Origin: a virus
Lineage: Duplodnaviria > Caudoviricetes
Virus record (IMG/VR): IMGVR_UViG_2867988698_000004
Coordinates: 1 to 64,000 of that record
Strand: one strand, 5' to 3'
DNA: 64,000 nt
Shown here: one piece after another, positions 58,576 to 64,000 of the stretch
Position numbering within the stretch: the stretch's first letter is position 1
How the letters are laid out: each line of letters begins with the position of its first letter
Program-made: the position numbers and the translations under genes
Notes under the pieces: model-generated
The model's database searches: none
What the model was told of the DNA's origin: nothing
The model's input: only the letters and a program-made list of their open reading frames with translations

Positions 58576-58968
58576 TCAGCCTCCTCGCCTGCCCGCACGG
58601 CCTGAGCGGGCGGGGCGGCGCGGCGCCGCTTGGGTGCGGGCGGCGTTCCTGGCGCTGGGCGGGTCCACCCGCCGCGCGGCGCTCGTTCGTACCACCCGCG
58701 GAATCGGGACGGGCTCCCCGTCCAGGGTGGCCAGGGAGAGTTTGCCGTCTGCGGCAGCGCCCAGCACGGCGGGGGTGACGTCCAGTTCCTCGACGTGCCC
58801 GCGGCGCTGGCCCAGGACGTTGGTCTGCCAGGTGGCGATGACCCGCTCCGGCATCCCCTCCCCGCTACCCGGCTCGGAAGCGGCGACGGTGGTGGCGGGA
58901 TCGGTGGGGGCGGTGGGGTCGGTGGAGCTGGCCGGGGCGGTGGGCTCACTGCTCATGATCATGAGCAT
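58576..58968 (-). CDS. Small phage structural-region protein
   Basis: Adjacent to the gp10-like gene; start uncertain. Confidence 0.4.
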   Translation of the reverse strand: MLMIMSSEPTAPASSTDPTAPTDPATTVAASEPGSGEGMPERVIATWQTNVLGQRRGHVEELDVTPAVLGAAADGKLSLATLDGEPVPIPRVVRTSAARRVDPPSARNAARTQAAPRRPARSGRAGRRGG

Positions 58969-58998
58969 AGCCGCTGGTCAGCTCGCCGCCGGGGGAGG

Positions 58999-60393
58999 TC
59001 AGGTGATGCCGCAGCGGGCGGCCAGGCCCCGCAGTGGTGGGCTGGTGCGCCCGGACAGCAGCAGCCCGGACACCAGATCACGGACGGCGGGGCGGGCGTG
59101 GGTTTCCTCCGGTGCCGCGCGTTCGGCGGCCAGCAGCGCCCGCAGGCATTCCTCGCGGCGCCCCCACTGCGCGAACGCTCGGGCCATGTCGGTGTGGTAG
59201 CGGGCGCGGCGTTCGACGGTGGGCAGGCTGCCGGGGTGGATGGACCGGCCGGCGGCGATGGCGGCTCCGGGGTCCCCGGCGGAGTACTCGGCGGAGATCC
59301 GGTGCAAGGCGACTGCTGCGGCGCTGAATCCGCCGCCGTGGTCCCGCAGCAGGGTGCCGCCTCGGGCGGCCCCCAGGCGGCCGGCGATGGCGGCGGCGTC
59401 GTCGGTGAGTTCCCGCATCCCGGACCGGTCGCCCTGCTTGGCGAGGGTGTAGGCGGCCGACATGAGGAGCAGCCCCCGCTCAGCGGTGTGGGCGGGATCG
59501 TCGGCGCGTAGCCCGATCGTGTCGGCGGCCGACAGCACGAGCGAGGCGGCCTGGTCGTACCAGCCGGCGCGGCGAGCGAGGATGGCCAGGTTCCGGGCGG
59601 CCTCGGCGGCGGTCAGGGGCTGGTCGGCTGCGCTGGCCAGCAGCCGGGCCCGATCGGCGGCCATCCACCCCAGCTGCGGATCATCGAGTTTGATGAGCAT
59701 CCGGGTGGCCAGGATGTAGGTCTGCGCCAGCACGGCCGCCGCCTCGCGGTCATCGCGGTCATCGGCGGTGGTGGCGTGGGCGTGGGCGAGCAGGCGGGGC
59801 AGGACGTCGGCCAGCCGCCCGTACCGGCAGGCGTGAAAATCGCTCAGCGCTGTGGTGAGCAGCGCGCGCAGCCGGTCGACCGGCAGCGGCGCCGGCGGCT
59901 GGGGGTGCAGGCCGAGCATCGTGTCCCGCAGGCGGCCGACCAGCAGTTCCCCCGTGTCCACCGGCTGAACGGTCACCGGGGCGGGCAGGCAGGGCCCGAC
60001 CGCGGCAGCAGCCGTCACCGCCAGGTTGGCCAGCAACTGCCGTCGCCGCACCGGATCGTCACCGCCCTCCCGACCGCCGCCTCTGGCCACAGTAACCCCA
60101 CCGGCTGCCGCCGTCCCGGCGGCACCACCGGCAGGTCCCGGGGCGGGCGCCAGGCCCAGCAGATGCGGAGGGATCTGGAGGGCGTCGGCGAACCGCCGCA
60201 GCACCACCACATCGGTGAGCGGGGCCACGCCGCGTTCGTAGCGGGAGACCTGGGACGCCGAATACCCGCACAACGCGCCGAGCTGGGCCAGCGTGAGCCG
60301 TCGCGCCTGCCGTGTAAGCCGCACGATCGCGCCGACGTCCCCACTGGCCCGCGCCTGACGCATCTCTGGCGTCGACCACAGCTGATCGTCCAT
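58999..60393 (-). CDS. Second XRE-HTH regulator with TPR-like helical domain
   Basis: RQARRLTLAQLGALCGYSASQVSRYERG; DPVRRRQLL; ERRARY..D.ARA. Confidence 0.85.
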   Translation of the reverse strand: MDDQLWSTPEMRQARASGDVGAIVRLTRQARRLTLAQLGALCGYSASQVSRYERGVAPLTDVVVLRRFADALQIPPHLLGLAPAPGPAGGAAGTAAAGGVTVARGGGREGGDDPVRRRQLLANLAVTAAAAVGPCLPAPVTVQPVDTGELLVGRLRDTMLGLHPQPPAPLPVDRLRALLTTALSDFHACRYGRLADVLPRLLAHAHATTADDRDDREAAAVLAQTYILATRMLIKLDDPQLGWMAADRARLLASAADQPLTAAEAARNLAILARRAGWYDQAASLVLSAADTIGLRADDPAHTAERGLLLMSAAYTLAKQGDRSGMRELTDDAAAIAGRLGAARGGTLLRDHGGGFSAAAVALHRISAEYSAGDPGAAIAAGRSIHPGSLPTVERRARYHTDMARAFAQWGRREECLRALLAAERAAPEETHARPAVRDLVSGLLLSGRTSPPLRGLAARCGIT

Positions 60394-60569
60394 CGCCGCC
60401 CCCCGGTGGGCAGACCGACTCCCCGGCCAACGTAGACCACCCCGTGATCATCGACCAGGGCCTTTGCATAACCGGCAAACCGTTTGCGCACCGGGACATG
60501 CGGCCTCGCTCGCGGCGGCGTGATGACGGTTCATAGGACTCATCAGCCCTCCGACATGAGGCAGTCGCC

Positions 60570-61298
60570 ATGACGATCACGCACCCCACCGCCACCGCTG
60601 CCGGCGAAGCCGCACCGACCGCCGAGATTCCCGCCGACCTGCGATCCCAGGGCGTGAGTCACCCGGTGCCGTGGACGACCACCGAAACCGCGCGTGAACT
60701 GGCCGGCCGGGTACTGGCCGACCACGCCGCCGCCCGGCGGGAGATCATCCGCAACCCCCACCTCGACATCGGCTGGTTCCGTGACGCGGCCGCCAGCCTG
60801 CTCGACGCCGTCCAGGCGGTCATCGGCCCGGCCGTGGCCATCGAGAACACCTTCCTGGTGATCAAGTGGCCCGGAACCGCGTTCGAGGTCCCCTGGCACC
60901 AGGACGGCATCGACCGGCGGATCGAGCTGGACCCCGGCCGGTCGGTGGCGGCGTGGCTGGCCCTCACCGACGCGACCCCCGCCAACGGCTGCCTGCACAT
61001 CGCCCCCGGCTCCCACCGCCTCGGGTACCTGCCGTACGAGCTGGAAGACGATCACGGGGCCGCGCGCGGCAGGGCAGGCCGCTCCGCAGGCTTCACCGGA
61101 GAGCACGAGGCGGTCGCGATCCCCGTCGCTGCGGGCGACGCCGTCCTCATGGACGTCCGCCTGCTGCACCGCTCCGGCAGCAACACCACCGACCAGGCCC
61201 GCGTCGGGCTCAACGTCCGCTACGTCGCCCCCGGCGGCCTGCGGATGCGCGACCACACGACCCCCAGCCTCACCCCGCTCACGGGAACCGGCTGGTGA
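60570..61298 (+). CDS. Phytanoyl-CoA dioxygenase (PhyH) family 2OG-Fe(II) oxygenase
   Basis: PWHQD, NGCL..APGSH, LLHRSG.N, R. Confidence 0.85.
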   Translation: MTITHPTATAAGEAAPTAEIPADLRSQGVSHPVPWTTTETARELAGRVLADHAAARREIIRNPHLDIGWFRDAAASLLDAVQAVIGPAVAIENTFLVIKWPGTAFEVPWHQDGIDRRIELDPGRSVAAWLALTDATPANGCLHIAPGSHRLGYLPYELEDDHGAARGRAGRSAGFTGEHEAVAIPVAAGDAVLMDVRLLHRSGSNTTDQARVGLNVRYVAPGGLRMRDHTTPSLTPLTGTGW

Positions 61299-61327
61299 CC
61301 ACCCACCTCAACCCAAGGGAGCAGCCC

Positions 61328-61780
61328 ATGCACACGCCCACCACCACGGCGACGGGCGCCGTCGACCTCGACCACCTCGACGGCCTGCCGATCCGCATCC
61401 GCGTCCTGGTCGGCGCCGACGCCGACCCCGTACGGCTGGCCGGCAAGACCCCGATCGCCAAGTCCGACTGCCGCTACTACTGCCCGGACAAGGCCACCGC
61501 CCAGCGCGTCATCACCGCCCTGCAGGCCTCCGACGAGCGGCTGCGGAACCGCCCCGAGGAACTGATGCTCTGGGACTGGGAGTGCACCTGGTGGGAGCCC
61601 GAGCCCGGCAACCCCAACGGCGGCGGGACCGTCCACCTGGGCGTCGCTTGGTTCGACCCCGCGTTCTTCGCCGACCGCCGCGACGCCTGGTTCGGCGCCA
61701 TGCACACCCGCATCTACCAGGAGCTGGGCGTGCCGCTGGAGAACATCACGGTCACCCACTGGACCGCCCTCACCAACTGA
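61328..61780 (+). CDS. Hypothetical protein
   Basis: AAGGGAG RBS; strong codon bias. Confidence 0.65.
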   Translation: MHTPTTTATGAVDLDHLDGLPIRIRVLVGADADPVRLAGKTPIAKSDCRYYCPDKATAQRVITALQASDERLRNRPEELMLWDWECTWWEPEPGNPNGGGTVHLGVAWFDPAFFADRRDAWFGAMHTRIYQELGVPLENITVTHWTALTN

Positions 61781-61800
61781 CCCCACCCCACCCCACCGGA

Positions 61801-61831
61801 CACCCTCCGGCCGGAACACGGCCGGAGGGTG
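61801..61831 (+). terminator. Hairpin terminator
   Basis: CACCCTCCGGCCG-gaaca-CGGCCGGAGGGTG followed by ctcgctttc. Confidence 0.7.
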
Positions 61832-61926
61832 CTCGCTTTCCTGTATCTTCGGTCGCCTGGCCTCTCCCAGACCTTCCACCGGCCACACTGGTCACTGCAC
61901 TGTCGCCGTGACCGAAGGGGCCGCTC

Positions 61927-62721
61927 GTGAACCCGATCCTCACCCGTCTCGGGCTCGCCGACCACGACCCGCAGCTCCTGCACGACCGCAGAGGCACCAC
62001 CCTCTACCGGGCCGGCGACACCGCCGTGAAGATCACCAGCGGGCTCATGGCCGGCAGGGAGGGCGAGATCCTGCGAGTCCTGGGCGCCGAGCCCTACCGC
62101 GACCACGGCTGGGACGGCGAACGGTCCTGGCTGGCCCTCCGCTGGATCGACGGCATCAGCCTGTGGGACGCACTGGACCCCGCCCACCAGGACGTCACCC
62201 CCGCCACCCGGCACCGGATACTCACCAAAGTCGGCGCGGCCGTACGCGCCCTGGCCGACCTGCACGCAGTGGGCTGGACCCACGGAGACCTGCAACCAGA
62301 CCACATCATCTTCGAGGGCGACACCACCCACCTCATCGACCTGGCCTGCGCCCAAGGCCCGGCCGACGTGCCGTTCTACGTCCACCGAGGCGGCCTGGCC
62401 CACACCACCGCACCCGAGATCGCCACGGCGATCCTGACCTCCGACGACCACGTCGCCACCACCCCCCAGGCCGACATCTGGTCCCTGGGGGCCTCGCTCT
62501 GGTGGTCCTGGACCCGTACCACGCCGATCGCCTACACCGACCCGGCCGCCCGGCGCCCGCAGCTACTGGCCGACGTCGCCGCCGCCCGCCGCGCCGACCT
62601 GACCTCCACCCGGCCGTGGCCGTTCCCCCAACTCGAAGAACTCATCATGGCGTGCCTGGCGGCCGACCCCGGCAGCCGGCCCACCGCCAAGGAGCTGGCC
62701 TCCCGATTCCCCCGGGCCTGA
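61927..62721 (+). CDS. Ser/Thr protein kinase-like, kinase domain only
   Basis: AVK, HGDLQPDHI, IDLA, TTAPE, ADIWSLG, RPTA. Confidence 0.8.
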   Translation: MNPILTRLGLADHDPQLLHDRRGTTLYRAGDTAVKITSGLMAGREGEILRVLGAEPYRDHGWDGERSWLALRWIDGISLWDALDPAHQDVTPATRHRILTKVGAAVRALADLHAVGWTHGDLQPDHIIFEGDTTHLIDLACAQGPADVPFYVHRGGLAHTTAPEIATAILTSDDHVATTPQADIWSLGASLWWSWTRTTPIAYTDPAARRPQLLADVAAARRADLTSTRPWPFPQLEELIMACLAADPGSRPTAKELASRFPRA

Positions 62722-63097
62722 GCGGGATGCCTCAAGCGCTCGTCGGAGGGCGTTGTTGCGGACCTCGGCGGCGGAGGTGAGGGCGGCGGCCAGGTCCTCG
62801 CTGGTGTAGCCGGCGGGCAGCAGCAGGGGACTCGGCTCCTCCCGGCCCGGGTCCTCGTCGTGCCACCAGGGATAGCCGAGCGGGCACCGGTACCGCAGCA
62901 CCCCACCACGCAGCAGCTCCGGCATCGGCAGCGTCCTGACGGGCAGCGGCTCCTGGACGTCCCGGCGCCGTGCGGCCAGGACGTCGTCCATCCAGTCCGG
63001 TTCCAGACGAGCCAGAGGGGAGACCAGGACGGCGTCCAGCGGATCATCGCCCTGGTCCGGCGTCCTACGGTGGGTCACGTCGGGCAGCCTACGCGGG

Positions 63098-63619
63098 TCA
63101 GCCGCACTCGCCCCGCTGCTTCTTCTGGGCGGCGAGCTTGTCGACCCCGAGCCGATACCCGTCGAGGGTCTTCTTGTCCGGCATGAACCCCCACCGGCCG
63201 CCCTCGTACACGTACCGATAGGAGAACTTGAAGCCCAGCCGGTCGATCCGCACCGTCGCGGTGGTCTTGTCCGCCGACAGCCGCACCGCCTCAACCTTCA
63301 TCGGCACGTTCTGCGCCGGCTGCGGGCACAGCTCGAACAGCCGCACATAGTTCTGCTGGCTGAGAACCTTCTGTGCCTCGGGGGCCCACAGCTGCCAGGT
63401 GCCCTCATAGTCACCGGCAGCGTAGGCGTCGGCGTGCTCCTGGGCGGCCTGGCGGGCGGCGGCCTCCGTCTGCGGCTGCTGCGGCGCCGACGAGGCCGGC
63501 GCCGGGGCGGCCTTGGACGGGGCGGCAGCAGCGTCCCCTCCGCCGGAGCCGTTCCCGCCGCACCCCACGGTGACGACGGCAAGAACCGGCAGCAAGACAG
63601 CAGACAGCACCCGACGCAT
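63098..63619 (-). CDS. Lipoprotein
   Basis: Signal peptide MRRVLSAVLLPVLAVVTVGC with lipobox; NTF2-like beta-rich C-terminus. Confidence 0.7.
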   Translation of the reverse strand: MRRVLSAVLLPVLAVVTVGCGGNGSGGGDAAAAPSKAAPAPASSAPQQPQTEAAARQAAQEHADAYAAGDYEGTWQLWAPEAQKVLSQQNYVRLFELCPQPAQNVPMKVEAVRLSADKTTATVRIDRLGFKFSYRYVYEGGRWGFMPDKKTLDGYRLGVDKLAAQKKQRGECG

Positions 63620-64000
63620 CAAGAACCCCCACAGGTTTCGGACGCCCAGACAGGGCGCCGACTCGACGGCCCGCACGCTAACAACAGCCGCACCCGCCGC
63701 ACCGCCGGAACGCCCGAACACGAGCGTGGCTGGGACAGGACAGCAGAGCCAGGGACTTTCCAATGAAAGTGACACAAATCCCTGCAATACGGACAACTCT
63801 TGCGTTTGCGCCATTAACACCTTGTGAAAGCCTTCGCAAGGCCTGTTGCCACAAGAAGCGGTAAGCACTTGTGCAAGCACATCAAAGTTGTGGCACTCTT
63901 GGTCGACACAAGATATAGCCCCGCGCGGTAGGCGCCGCCGGGGCCGTGGTTCGTTCCTTGTGTGGAAGGAAGAACGTGGCTGAGCGTAGCAACGCCTTGT

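Noticed and set aside
62563-63078. Minus-strand ORF between kinase and lipoprotein
   Set aside because: Overlaps the kinase 3' end and has a weak start; possibly a degraded gene, too uncertain to call
63620-64000. Lower-GC tract as att site or ncRNA (also 45560-45800)
   Set aside because: No shared repeat or tRNA-like fold found between the two tracts; most simply promoter regions

Overview
Very GC-rich actinomycete mobile element, best read as a phage-plasmid or conjugative prophage; it probably continues beyond both window edges. 1-5.6 kb (minus): TGT/DpdA-like gene, small early genes, an HTH replication initiator with internal iterons, an endonuclease VII-like gene and an RHH repressor. 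5.7-13.7 kb (plus): Streptomyces-type TraB (FtsK/SpoIIIE) dsDNA transfer module with clt-like repeats and a Spd-like membrane protein. 14.5-27 kb: a small HTH repressor and about 25 small genes (ArdC-like, MoxR AAA + VWA pair, Zn fingers) behind eight copies of one promoter (TTGACA-N18-TAACAT) overlaid by tandem 14-bp palindromes; a ninth copy lies at 2.7 kb. 29.4-45.5 kb and 58.2-59 kb (minus): siphophage lysis and tail genes (holin, RyR-domain fusion, endolysin, three tandem fibre+chaperone cassettes, tape measure, chaperones, gp10-like), several sharing a second upstream motif. Two cargo islands built around XRE-HTH/helical-sensor regulators interrupt the late genes. One carries radical SAM-SPASM, dTMP kinase, two EEP hydrolases, an APH-like kinase, CYTH, two SAM methyltransferases and a CAAX protease; the other carries a PhyH dioxygenase and a Ser/Thr kinase. 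No integrase, terminase, capsid, tRNA, rRNA or CRISPR array was recognised. All family calls come from motif recognition by eye, not database searches.
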